Shown in pieces: positions 27,225-40,631 of a stretch of 64,000 nt of DNA. The notes beneath the pieces were generated by a model, which did no database searches, was not told the DNA's origin, and saw only the letters and a program-made list of their open reading frames with translations. Origin of the DNA: Psilocybe cubensis (lineage: Eukaryota); assembly GCA_017499595.2 (NCBI GenBank), contig CM039006.1, forward strand, positions 2,914,001 through 2,978,000, given 5' to 3'. Positions within the stretch are counted from its first letter, which is position 1, and the number at the start of each line of letters is the position of its first letter. The position numbers and the translations under genes were made by a program.

Positions 27225-29285
27225 CTACGTATCTAGTTTCTCCACCAGCTCCCTGGAAATATCTGAGCGAGGTACAATTGAGCATACGAAAGGTTTCTTC
27301 CGACTGAGAAATATTATGAAATCTGTAAGAAATGGGCGTTTGAGCACGCGTCACATACCTAATAAGCCCAAATTCGCAGTATTCATCGTTGACCTCAATT
27401 GTATTTCCAGATTTGTCTCGTGCTTTTTCTAGATTGAAGACGGCTAAAACAGATGTGAATGTCAACCAGAGCTTTGGATATCTATTAGCAACCAATGTGT
27501 ATCTGAGGAGAAACCAGGAATTACTGTGGCACTGGCAACGTGCTTCCCAATACAAACTCTGTTTTTAATGAAGATAGAACGTTGTGTATCAGTTGCTTGA
27601 GATCCCAACACCAACCTCTCAGGGCATACCGTCTTCCAAAACCAAAGGCCATGATTCTATCATCGTCATTGAGCGTCCCATCAGGGTTAAAGAATCGTTC
27701 GGGATTAAAGCTCATTGGATTTTCGTATCTTGTTTCATCGTGTGTCATTGCCCTAGATATCTTGAATTAGAATTTCCATACAGCGGCGAGTTTGATCACA
27801 TCAAACCATATATTCCCTAGCAGTGTTGATCCTGCGTAAAATGACCTGAGACTTATGGTGCTGATGATAGTTAAAGGGCATGCGGGTACCTTTTGGAATA
27901 AAATATCCATCATAGAAGTCATCTTCAATTGAGCAATGCGGAACTCCCACTGAACCAGGTGGTCTCCATCGAAGGACTTCACGGTATATTGCCTCATTAT
28001 ACGGCATACATGGGCGGTCTTCATATGTTGGAAGCCGTTTGCCTCCCAATACACTGTCGATCTCTGCCTGTGCCTTCCTCTGGATATCTGGGTTACATAC
28101 CATGAGATATATGAACGTTCCAGTAGCAGATTGCGTCTAAAGACTCGACGTCAGAATATTTTAGTAATATATTGCTATTAATTGGTTACAGTGTCCGATG
28201 CAGCTGTGCAATAGTATATCAGCCTGTTCCTTATACATATGAAAGACAATAATTACCCGCATAAGCTGTCGAGGCAACAATCAATGTTGCCTCTTCTTCC
28301 TCCTTCGAAGCGCCAACAGTGTTTTTCTTCTTAAGGAAGTCTCCAACGACGGATGGTCTAGCATTTCCTTCTGCCTGGCAAAAAATGAAAACATTGTCAA
28401 GCTATACAAAATGACTGGGAAACCTACCACTTGTGCCTTTGTAAACTCAAGTGGTATTGAAACTACTTTCTTTGTGAGCATTCTAGCCTCTTGGGCCTTT
28501 TGTTGAGAAATCGCTCCTGGGAACCATGGCGGGACAAAACGAAGAAGGGGAATTAAGTTAATCAAACTTCCCCCAGGCGACAACAACTCCATTCCGAGAG
28601 TGAAGGTCTTATCTGCAGCTAATATGCACGGGTCGTCGGTTGATTTGGCGTCGTATCCGTACATTGACGACATGGGAATTGAAATTGACAACCTGCACAA
28701 TCGAGATATACGATGCAATACCATATTTTGAGCAAAAAGGCTTACATCTTGTTGTGATCCCAAAGTTTCTCTGGGCTGTGCAGTAACCCTTTGAGTGTTT
28801 TATGAACGCCTTTGACAATTGAGTTACTGATATCATTTCGTGGTGATGCAGCCCGACGAAATATTTGAAAGGCATGTTTTCGAACAAGACGCCATTTACC
28901 TCCGTATCTCATGAAACCAATAGTATATGAAGTCATTCCAGATCTAGAAATAGTCATGGTCATCTGCGATATCTTGATTGTTTATTATGATAACGTGGGA
29001 TCCAAAGGAGCTAGCGTGGAGGATATCACCTTGCGAAATTTGGCCATGTCAGTTTGCTGTCTTCAATAGTATTACAGTTAAAGTGAACTTGCTTCTGTAC
29101 TTCTTTCCCCACTGAGTATATTCAGGCCCAATGTTCTCAGTGGGGAAATCAAGCGCATTTCCGATGAAGGGGATCCCTTTGGGCCCAGGTGGAAACAGTT
29201 TCTTCTTTTTTTTAATTGTAAATAGCTTCATAGTGATGGTAGCAAAGAGTAAAGCAACGAGCAGCGCAGCAGAAGTGGATTGCAT
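27225..29285 (-). pseudogene. Cytochrome P450 (CYP64-clan / CYP5144-like), probably inactivated by an internal deletion near 28960
   Basis: N-terminal anchor plus PPGPKGIPFIGN, I-helix AYAAASDTT, EVLRWRP (ExxR), FNPERF and heme motif FGFGRRVCIG across about 11 exons. Exon 2 runs from NNQDIAD directly into an intron 3' remnant (gaccatgactatttctag) with an in-frame TAG; the usual 'LLEKR..YSDRP' segment and the splice donor are missing. Confidence 0.8.
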
Positions 29286-30189
29286 GGGTCTCGGTATACC
29301 AGAGTAATCAGACAGGGATTTCGGATTCTTCAGATATACTCGCCTTACTTTATACTCCTCATATGGCCATGAAGTTATTATTAAGGTAACAAATGCCCAT
29401 CATATTTATGAATAGCACCTGCATGTCGATGCATTAAGGTCCAGGATCAAATCGCTGGTATTGACGTCAAACGTATAAATACTAGACTGCTGCAATGTGA
29501 GGGCAACATCTTAATTGGAATGAAAGATGGTCACTGGGCTAGCTGTCATTGAGTAGTGGCACGTCCCATATGAGAATTTTTACCAATGTTGTCCCATGAT
29601 TACAGAGAGTAACCATTGATTGTGGGCTGATAATGAATAATGGCTTGGTCGTTTCAGCCACCATTCTTTATGGAAGATTTGCTCGGTTGATTAGTGCTTT
29701 TATTAGCATACACTAGCATACATTTCTCACCGACTCCTATCAACATTTCTTCTTCTCATTAAGGGTCTACCTTTCTTATTTCTGCCACGCGCTCTTTTCG
29801 ATATCCGCATGATTTCCAATGGGTGTTCCGGATGTTGCGCTTATAAACAGGGCAGCCAACGAGCAACACTGTCCTTTCTATATATTTAAACCAATCAATA
29901 TCCTCGAACAAAGACCTGGACATACCACTCTATTCTTGCTTTGGAATTACTTCAGACCAATATCTGACAGTGTTCTTGCAGACAAGATTAGGCTCGTACT
30001 ATGCACAGCCGCATAGTTACTAAGTTAGTCATCAATGTTTGACGACCACAATAAATACAACATTTCTACAAACAAATACCTTTTACCTACCATATTTAGA
30101 CAAAAGGCCAGAATCATGTGACACAACCAGACCTCGGTTCGCGGTTCAGAAAATGGCGAGTCCTATTCTTTCTCTTTCAACTGCACTAC

Positions 30190-30900
30190 TGCTTGAAGCC
30201 CGTTTGAACACTGGCCCGAGTTAATGTACAACGAACAAACGACACACACCCCTTTACACTCACAAAAATTCGGGTGTTCTATTCCCACATGTCGCGCTGT
30301 TCCTTGTGGGTACCCTTTCTCACCTAGATGTTGAGCTCACTACACGTTTTCAGGTGCGACAACGTGCAACCTGAAGTGCTGAGGTTAGACGGTAGGGTAT
30401 CTGGATACGTCATGGATGTTATTGTACTTGTCTATATGCCCGGTGGAGAGTAAGACATGCGAGAGAGGTGGCATTCTGTCCAGGTGCGTCAGCACTCTAC
30501 AGTGACTTTGGTGTTCGGTACTCAACCAGACGGCATGCTAGATACGGGCTTCGACATGTGTCCTGCATCAGCATTGGAGCTGCAGAGCTGCAATGGTCCC
30601 ACCTGTTGGGTGTATTATATTGCCAGTCTTTGTTTCTGCAGACTACGGAACATGGTACGTCCAGTTTTTCAATGTGCTACCAAAGGCACCATTTATCATG
30701 GTTTGTCTTCGGAGCAGTGCGATGTCATTTCGAGCGCATTGAATACCTGACAGTATGTTTACATCTCACAATGAGCTTCCGGCGTGCGAAACGCGTTTTC
30801 CTTGCCAGCGCCTCCTCTCTCGTTATGGGATTCAGCAAAACCCTGCTCGTTGTCCAATGCAGACCAACTCGTTGTATTGGACTCACTTTCACTTGACAGG
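30190..30900 (-). pseudogene. Degenerate copy B of the unidentified repeated gene or element
   Basis: Colinear similarity to 25890-26700 in the same orientation, with multiple stops and frameshifts. Confidence 0.6.
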
Positions 30901-32454
30901 CTCACAACTAGGTGCATGGCTCCCATCCTCCTCTTCATTTCTCCATTTTCACCGTACTTGCCAGTATCCACCCTCCACTCGCGATCCAATCACCATCTTC
31001 GACTCCTCACGTCCTAGATTCACTTCACATTGCACTTACTGGTATCTTTTTCCTCATTTCATCGCATTCATCACTCGTTATCGTGCTTTCCGCTTCCACT
31101 CACTCTCACGGCAAGTATAGTTTACTTTAAATGGCACTCAACCACATGTTCTCGAATCATCAGAAGCTTGGAGAGTATCGCTTTTGTCTTGATACAATTT
31201 CATTCTTTGTGTTGCTTGTCATGGGGTGCACTGGTCTGTATCACCACCATTGCTCAATCCCTTGCGCCACTTGGTCTCTATGTTTCGCACTCCTCACACT
31301 TGTCACTGCCATGGCTGAAATTTTGTTTATCTTCCTGTTTCTTCATGCTCTGAAAACCTGGAATGCAAGCCTCTGAGTGGCATTACCTCGAGCTTTGAAC
31401 CTTGATACTGGATCCCGGCATTTGGACGTTCTTGGCTTGGTACGTTAAGTAGCTAAATATGTGATTAGAATGCGCGGTCGCGGTCTCGAGGCCAGTCGTC
31501 ATCTCTCTGGGTGCAAACCTGACCAAGCCACTCACCCACTACTTTAGCAACCAAGACATGGTGACCTATCAGACAGATTTAGACTTTCTTTTATTCAAAG
31601 GGTCATGAGCGGTTGCAGTATGCCATGCAACTTCACCTGTGTTGTCCAATAATGTGCCGACACTTGGAAATTCATCATGTTTCGCCACTGGGGTACTCCC
31701 GCGCACCCCCTGATTGGTACAGATGTAGTCAGACTCTGCCGGTCGATATCGTCAAAGGCACGCACCGGAGAATCACAGGATTGGGAGTCATCAGTTTGAA
31801 GTGTAATTATAATCTTACATCAACGGAGTGATATAGGCGTTGATAATTGAAACCGCGGCCACGGTCGATCTGTGACGCGGATCAATGGGTACAGCCTTTA
31901 AACATCAAAATTATAACCAGACGAGGATTCATCAACTTTCTGTAGATCATCAGTACGTTTGCTCCTAGGCCTTGCAGAAATAACTGTTTCTTTCTGCAGC
32001 GTACTGACCACATGACCCTCGCCTTTACTGCTTCTATTGCATGTCATCAGTATAGTCCACTCGATGATGTACTTACACGATTGTTCTGTACAAGATATAA
32101 CAATATGAGGCAACCATCGATGTATTGCTTCCCATGAGTCCATTCAAATGCGATTTCTCCGTACTCAGGATCAAATTCGTTTGTATTTGATCAACATTGA
32201 CTCCAAAATCTGAAGGTACTTCTGTGTTATTTTGCATGAACCTTGTGGTTCAACTATTGCATGCGCTGCATTGTGACTCAGATGGAAATTCTCTGAAACA
32301 CTTCTTACTGTATAGCTTTCCACGTCAAGAGCAGCATGAGCAGAATGTGTCTACAAATGTGTCTACATATATGACATCCACCACCTTATGGAAACTCGCC
32401 CTTGACATATCCTCAAAGGGATCTCACCGCTTTTGTACTAGGACAACTACTACC

Positions 32455-34159
32455 ATGAGCTATACTTCAGCATCCGTGATTTCACCGCTCTTACAGGAAC
32501 TCTTTCACGGCCTCTTCATCATCGATTTTGCAAAATGCACCCAGCGTACGTGCATCACCCACATCCTCATTAAGCCTATACAGGGTGATCTCTAACGGAG
32601 AATTTTTCAATCTAGTTTCTGCTCTTATGATCGTCCTTTATGACTACGGTAGGCAGCAGCTGAGCCACCCTTTCTATGCTTCCAGTTTGTTGATATGACA
32701 ATTGAAAGCGATTACGTTCGAGCAAGAGGTGAGCACCTTACAGCGCATGACCTTCTTGTAGACCGTTTTATTTACCTGTAACAATATGACAGATGTCGTA
32801 TCTCTGGGTGAGTTTTATGTATACCCCTGAAGCAACCCAACACTCATTACTTGATCATATTCTTCTACATAAGAAAACTCGATTCAATTTCGTGAAGGTT
32901 TTATTCCTCCTGGTATGTCACACCACCCACTGGAGTTCGTCCGACCAGGACTTATCAAGCAAATAGAACCGGTACTACATCCTCATATCAGCAATGTCAG
33001 TCGCATTCTATTCCTATCCTTTGCAAGGGTACTGAATTTGACATAGCTACGCCATTCATAGTAATTTTATATTGCAACATGTTCTCTAGCATACTCTGAT
33101 TACTCGGTTGCAGTACTGTTCTTTTCTGATGTGGACAACAAGGTGCGGAAAATCTTGCAAGACTATCAATATATTGTAGCTCAACTTTTCATTAGTTGTA
33201 CGTCAATTAAAATTTAATTATCACAGAGTTATAATATGTCTACTGAACGCTGCCCAACTCTCCACACTCAGCTGTAAGTGTCGAATCATGCGTAGATCAC
33301 TTTGACGTGACTAATAATTTGAAGGCGTTCACTACATGCTGTGGCAAATCTGGTCAATTATTGTAACATCGACCCTAACACAAGGTGCGTTGCACACTTT
33401 TACCACCTGCCCATGGTGCCTTATTTTCGCGTTTCAGCCATCTTGCAGGCTCGACTATACGGACTGTATTCGAAGAATAAAAAGATACTCGCCATCATGA
33501 TACCTCTTTATGTGTTGTCAATCATCGCAGCAGTAGTGCTTGTGGTTAAATCAACTGGAGAAGTAACTGCTGGTAGGCAACAATTTGATCCAGACATTAT
33601 ATCTCCACCTCTAAATCAACCTCCCTTGCCTTACAGCTCACGAGATCATTGCTTTCCCAATAAACAGGGGGCATTACTGCATTGTAACCAGCATCCCTCG
33701 CTTTTCGCTTGCATATTGGATACCTGGATTTGCCTTCGAATTGCTACTGTGTGCGTTGGCTATCAAGAAAGCATTTGGCCATTTCAAACTCTACGGGTCG
33801 TATTACACCACAGGGGTCAGGATTGTCGATGTTCTTGTTGGAGATTCAATTGTATATTTCCTGGTGTGAGCATTTGAATCTATAAAATAACTGTGATGTG
33901 AACTAACCACCTTCTGATCAAGTATTGCAATGGTTTATGTATCCTGCATTGCAATTTGGATTGCGGACTTGGTGAGCTCTGTTTTCGGATGGGAAATTTG
34001 ATGATGTACTCATATCCCACGCAGGAACGAATTGATACTCCACTAGGCTTTGAGCTAACCATCTCATCTACGCTGTGCAGCCGGATGGTATTCAACATGC
34101 ACGGCGCGCTTGACAAGCGAGATATTAACCAAACAATTGATTCGGATGAGACCGATTAG
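32455..34159 (+). CDS. 7TM GPCR-like membrane protein, DUF6533 family, copy 6
   Basis: MSYTSASVISPLLQELFHGLFIIDFAKCTQ / SALMIVLYDY / ITFEQE / MSYLW / KTRFNFVKVLFLL / NRYYILISA / FCVHYMLWQ / ILQARLYGLY / GHYC..YWIPGFAFELLLC..LVGDSIVYF / ERIDTPLGFELTISSTLCSRMVFNM. Confidence 0.88.
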
Positions 34160-34340
34160 GTTACGTGGGAAGGCATAGAAGTCACTGATGCATTTTCTGT
34201 GAATGTGAGGGATTATCCAAAAGGTCATATTTATTGAAAGTCTACTATACATTACAAGTCCAATGAAATTTAAGATATGTTCTCCGATACCGTCCATGGC
34301 GTAAAATAGGAGCATCATGTAACTGGGCTTGGGCGTGATA

Positions 34341-36042
34341 TTACGTCTGACTCGTCTTTAACTCACTCAGCACCTCTGTCTCGTCGAGTGCTCCGTAAAG
34401 CTTGAAGATAATGCGACTACATAGTGTGGTTGATATGCTTAGCTCGAACGCAAGTGGAGCGTTGATTCGTTGCTGATATTTGTGTTGTTATTGCGGACTA
34501 AAGAGAGTTTTGACACGGACATACCACTTCAGCCACCCATACGGCTACGCAGGCCACATACACTAAGGTGATCCTGTGTCACATGAGTTGGTCTTTAGTA
34601 CTACATGAAATATTTAGAGAACACTTACACAAGGAAGTATAGAAGCGAGTCCCCGACAAGAATATCAACAAGTCTCATTCCTGTGGAGAAGTACGAGCCG
34701 TCATATCCCTTGAAGTGGGAAAAACCCTTTGCTATTGCCAGAGCGCACAGGCAAAACTCAAATGCCAAGCTGGGTATCCAATATACGTAGGTAACTCGTG
34801 TTGCATTTAAAATTCCGCAGAAGCGATTTCCAGGAATTGCAATTGCCCCAATTCCGTGATCTTTTTGCGCAATATAAATGCCATCAGATTGTTTAGACAT
34901 GAGGATGCAATGCTTACCGGCCAGCTCTTTAGAAGTTGCTACTGCAATGATTGCACTAGAGGCAGCGAGAGATAAGAAATGGAAGGTCAGGGTAAATGCC
35001 AGGAGTTTCTTGCTGTTTCCGTAGAGGGCATATAATCGGACCTGAAGAATCCCTATATGTATAATGTAGTACACACATCGAAGGCCGGATGTCAGAAAGC
35101 AAGGTTTGGTAAGGTTTATACATGTACATACCTTGAGTAATGATAGCCAAGACTATCCAGGAGACTATCTGCCAAATTATATACCTTTGGCCTGTATAAA
35201 TGTCAGAAAATGTATTCAATGATCAAGAGGAAGTCCTACTAACAGCTATTTACGAATGGTAGGCCAGGATTGTCTAGTGAGATCGTTTTTGTGAATGGAC
35301 ATAATTGAAATATGTACAACTGTAAGAAAAAATGAGTTTAATACGATTCGCCGTCACCTACAATGATTATTTGATACTCACAGTGTCATCAGGATTTTGA
35401 ACAAATAACCCTGTATTTGTAACATATGTTAGAGTGCCATTTAAATGAACACAATCATACCAGTTTACCGTATACAGCAATGCTGGGGGTAGTGCTTTAA
35501 TTATCGGGGTATTCACCAACCGAATGGATTGCATACCTTGATGCAGCAACAAAATAATAACGATTCTAAAAGTTAACGAGTCAACGTGGCATTATTACTA
35601 TAGATATAATTATAACATACCACAAAAAATAGTAGCTTGGTAAAACTAAAACGTTTTGTCTAGGATCAGGGATGAGCAAAATATGCCCGTGCCTATAATC
35701 ACAGACCTACCCACAAAAAGGTAATCTGGTGCATTCAGAAAGGATAAGTGTGAAAAATGAAGCGAAGAAAAATTCTGAGTCTAACCTCTTGGTCAAGAGT
35801 AAGCACTACATTGAAGGGTTAATCAAAATGCTTAACTTCTGTGGAATTGAGAGCTTACGGTAATCATACAAGATAACTGAAGTGGCAGATACTAGTAATA
35901 TAACAAACATGTTGGTGAGGCAAACATTTTAAAGCAATATAGCAATACCTTCAGCGTATTTAAAAAATTGGATGAGCTGAAGTCCATTAATCAGCTCATT
36001 AATAAGACCTGATAGGGGAGAAGTTGTAGTAGGGGTAATCAT
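34341..36042 (-). CDS. 7TM GPCR-like membrane protein, DUF6533 family, copy 7
   Basis: MITPTTTSPLSGLINELINGLQLIQFFKYAE / SATSVILYDY / LTLDQE / ITFLW / NRYYFVAAS / FCQRYIIWQ / ILQVRLYALY / NRFC..YWIPSLAFEFCLC..LVGDSLLYF / RINAPLAFELSISTTLCSRIIFKL, TAA at 34341. Confidence 0.88.
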
Positions 36043-37438
36043 GGTAGAGAAGCTCACTTTCCATTCCTTTGAAAGTGCAAAGTCGTTCTTATATGAGACC
36101 TTGCTATATTTTTGGTCAAACAGCTTACCACGAATTACCAATGCTTGAGTTCCACTCCACAACAAATTGCCGAGCCACAGATAATGAACGGCCGAGGTAG
36201 TGGCATATCCTGTGTGCAGTAAAAACATGGTGATCCATGGTTGTAGTCTCAGAATACTATTGCATTGACATTCGGGAGAACTCAAGGACTCAAACGTTTG
36301 ACACCTTGTATTTCAGGAGCACGGTTGTACGTGTCTCCCTTACATTGATCAACATATTCTCCTTGTTACATTCCAATTTTAGAATGTCCCGACACCCTTC
36401 CCGATACTATTCTTCCACAGCTATTCTAAATCTCTGTCGGGAGAAGATCCAAAAGGTACTCGATCTGCTGTCGTGTCTTGATGCCATTCTTACTGTCAAG
36501 GTGCAAAACTAAGGTAAACAGATTGAGGGATGGCAGAATCAGGAGGTCACCCGTACCGATACTATTGTACATGTATAGGGGACTATTGGATTATGCCAAC
36601 CACACAGCATATTGTATGGAGAGGAGAGCAACTTCTACCAAAACAGTGGTATAAAGGGGTGTGTATAGTTTAAGATTGTTGGAACTGCATGAAACTCGAT
36701 CGATAATGACAATCGTGAGTTAGAGGCTCCCCTTGATATATGTCCCGCATAACGTGAGATACCTGTCAGCCCTTATCTAACCAATCCAGAGCGTAATAGT
36801 GTACAGAGGATATCCACGACGGTAAAATTGGAGCAGAAATAGTACATGATACGAGGGAATCAAACAGAGCGGCTATCTATCCGAACTGGGGTGGAAAAAC
36901 AAGTTATTCTATGTTCAAATAGGCCTTGTACAAAGTGAATACAGCTGGAGCATCTCAGGACTCCATGAGTACAGCTAGGAAAGTTCGCTATTGCTAGACA
37001 ATACTGAAATTATGAAAACAAAGCATTACTGGAGTACACTGGTTTGGTGAATGATAAGTGCTTGAGTATTGAGGTCACTCGTAATTTCATTATATTTCAG
37101 GCTTCTGGGGCATATCAACACTGAAACGTATGTTTCTTCACTGTCCTCACCACTATATTAGTTCTGTTCTGTGCTTACATCACCGGTGTTTCTTAAAATC
37201 ACTAGAGTAGACGACATTTAGACTCCGAAGTGGCAGGGATCAAGGAGCGTTTCATTCTATCATTTTACGTCTAAATTTAACCCATATCTAGCCTTAGGAA
37301 AAATAGGTTAAGCATACAATCCCCGTATGCCTATGAGATTTGGTGATTGGATGGGTAAACCGAGCATTCCTTCGATTCTCATCATGATTACCTCCCCCAC
37401 CTCTGGAAGTAATCTTCTTTATGACAATTTTGATCGTT

Positions 37439-39146
37439 TCATTTGCCCAGATCACTGTGCGTTTCTGTCTTATTGAGAGCGCCATATAGCTTGAATATCA
37501 TTCGACTACACAGAGTGGAGGATATGCAGAGTTCAAATGCCAGTGGGGCATTGATTCTCTCCTGCGAACTCGGATATCAGAACTGGTCAGAATATTTGTT
37601 GAACAGGGGCCTCACCACGTCCAGTATCCACACCGCAACACAGGCGACATAAACCATGGCAATTCTAATCGAACAGTCTGTGAGCGTAGCCAACTTTGAC
37701 AATAAAAATTGTGAACGTAGCTTACACCACAAAATACAGGATCGAGTCTCCAACGAGAACATCTACAAGCCGCACGCCTGTAGAGAAGTGGGCCCCGTAA
37801 GCCTTGAAGTGCACGTATCCCTTTGCAATTGCAAGCGTGCACAAGAAGAACTCGAAGGCAAAGCTGGGTATCCAGAAAGCGAATGCTATGCGGGGCGGGG
37901 CAAGAATCCCGCAGAATTCTCCTCTTCCTGGGATGGCAATGGCCTCAATAGAATTAGCTTCAGAGATAGTGTCAGCCTTGTGGCAAATCATATTGCATAC
38001 AAAACGTGGTATGCTCACTCTTTCTCTCTTCTGCCGTAGCCTTCAACACTGTGACGGCGGATACGATTAAGGAAAGTACGTGGAATGTCACCGTACAGAC
38101 TAGCAGTCGTTTGCTTTTCCCATAGAGCGCGTACAATCTAATTTGAAGAATAGCTGTTGTTTTTGACTGTGAAAAAGCGTTGAAGGAATTTAAACAAAAA
38201 ATGATTGGTTACCTTGAGTCACAATAGCAAGGACTACCCCCGTCCAGATTTGCCAGACCACAAATTGTGAGCCTGTCAGAGATTCATGTAAGCCAGATTG
38301 CAGCAGAATCGAAATATACTCACAGCTACATATATGCGAAAGACGCAGCGTAAATCACTCCTTGAACGATGCATTAGTGTAAAAATCACGCACAACTATC
38401 AGTAGTAAATATATATCAATCATCCGATTATACACTACAATTTTGTGCTTACCTTCTGACTGGGGTCAGCCAAGTATAGGCCTGAAAAATCGACATTAGA
38501 CATATAACTTCGCTGAGAGTTAATATTTCACCATATAGAGACACCCTAAATGGCCATCATTAGAGTTTTAAACAAAGTGTATGTGCATTGTCTAGCACAC
38601 ACCCAGCGGCTGTAACAAAATAATAGCGATTCTACTCCTGTAGAGTCAGCATGGACGTACCACGGCTGGATTCAGTTATGCGTACCAAAAAAAATAACAC
38701 CTTTACAAAACTGAAACGTTTGTTCTTTACAATGTTTAGTTTTGAGCCGTCTAGGATACATTTATTGGGAAAGATGTACCCAGAAATAGGCTTTCTGTTT
38801 TGTCAATGTTTAGAACAAGCATTACAGAAGAGGAGAATGAGTTATGTGCCTCTTCATCAAGGGTTATCACTAAAGTAATGGTTGATTGACGTAGAAACCT
38901 GGAATCAACGGCTGCTTACAATAATCATACAGAATGATTGTGAATGCCGATACTAAATAAATTGTGATACTGAGACTTGCAATTTGTATAAAATGAGGAC
39001 AATGAAGACGCACACTCTGCAAATTTGAAGAACTGTATGAGCTCAAGTCCCTGAGTCAATTCATTGATGATTTGAGGAAACGACGGGGTATTCATTTCAG
39101 TGTCAAGGGACAGCATGGAGGGAATATCCTCATATATTTCAGCCAT
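37439..39146 (-). CDS. 7TM GPCR-like membrane protein, DUF6533 family, copy 8
   Basis: MAEIYEDIPS...GLELIQFFKFAE / SAFTIILYDY / ITLDEE (GC donor) / KAYFW / NKRFSFVKVLFFL / NRYYFVTAA / FCSQFVVWQ / ILQIRLYALY / GEFC..FWIPSFAFEFFLC..LVGDSILYF / ERINAPLAFELCISSTLCSRMIFKL. Confidence 0.88.
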
Positions 39147-40631
39147 GTTCTATTCTTAACGTTCATATCAAGGCACGTAAAGTAGGAGTACCACGATTGC
39201 TTCAAAATTGATTAATTTTACGCATTTTGTGTTCGAGGCCGAACAATCAAGGAATGTGGTAAGCTTTTGCATGCAGAGCGCAGCACCGTGGACACAATAA
39301 CAACATGCCGACAAAGGTTCAGAGCAGATATCATCTCACTTAATCAGCTTCCTGTCTCTTTCTGCATTTTATCTGTGATATTTCTTCATGTACTCAGCAA
39401 ATTTAGAAACAAATTCTCGGATTTGACTCAATAATTCTCACATTTGATGGGGAGTTGTCGGTTGGACAAATTTAGGACTTGATCCCAGCCAACACAAGCA
39501 GTAAAGATGAGTTGGATTCAAATGTACGGTCTTCTCACTGGTAAGCGGCAACAACTTTTCTTTTTCCATGTTGACTTGATGATCATTAAAAATTATGAAA
39601 CATGAGAAGATCTTAATCCTGAGGAACAAGTATGCCCAGACTGAGATACGTCCGTTCAGTTGTATTGGCTTCTTAGTTTTTACTAGTAAATCCTGAGGGA
39701 ACGGCTGACACAGTGGCCTTTGGCATATACATGTGTTTATCCGTGCTAGATCCTTTTTTGCTGCCTTGAACTCGATTCTAAGGAGAGTTCTGGCGGAGAG
39801 CAAAATCAGAGCTTTGTACTAGCGATCCGAGTCCAAAATGCACGTAATCTAGGGAGCTCGTGCCCAACCATTTCTGACTTAGCTATTTGTGGCTTCGTCG
39901 ATCGTAACACCGTGCGAAATTGACAGCCCGTGCGAACATATCACCAAGAACTGCCGACGTTTGCGATGCGGCAAGATTATACTAGACCAGGTAAGGTGCT
40001 GGCATATCAAATTAATCGTTCTAGTTGTTCAGATCTATCAATAACTTTTAAACTGTACTTGTGATTAGACCAGTCAGTCACAAGACAATATTGAAAGATA
40101 TACCTGTCAGATGTCTCATTGGCCAGGTTATTTTTATCATGTTCATATAAGTGTTCTGTTAACAATTAAATATATCATAAGTGCTAGAAGACGCTTCAGC
40201 TGTACAACACCTAGCCTTTTAAGTATTTAGAACGTATAGTGACATATAAGATACAGTTCCTGCTGCATATTTGATGCCCTTGAAGCTAATGCGAGATAAC
40301 AATATGGTGACATGGTATTGTCACATTTTTAAATGTGGTGTCCGAACTGCTCTTGTCTGCAATAACTTGCCGGTATGGGAGTAAAATGCTTGACTCCGAG
40401 TCATAAAATGAGCATTGCTTACACCAATAGATAAGTAGGAACAACTTATCGTCACAAGGTATGCTTCTCTATTATATGTGACTCCGACCATCCCTGTAGC
40501 AGAACCGAACAAGACCTTTATCATTGATATATCTGCATTTATCTTGTACAGCCTTGGTTTTCTTCTCGGGCTGACGTACATTCTCACCTTTTCAGAAGTA
40601 TAATATCCTTGCCAAATGTAGACAAGACACA

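Noticed and set aside
39438-39803. 121-aa minus-strand ORF between receptor copy 8 and the cyclase
   Set aside because: Non-ATG start and no identifiable motifs
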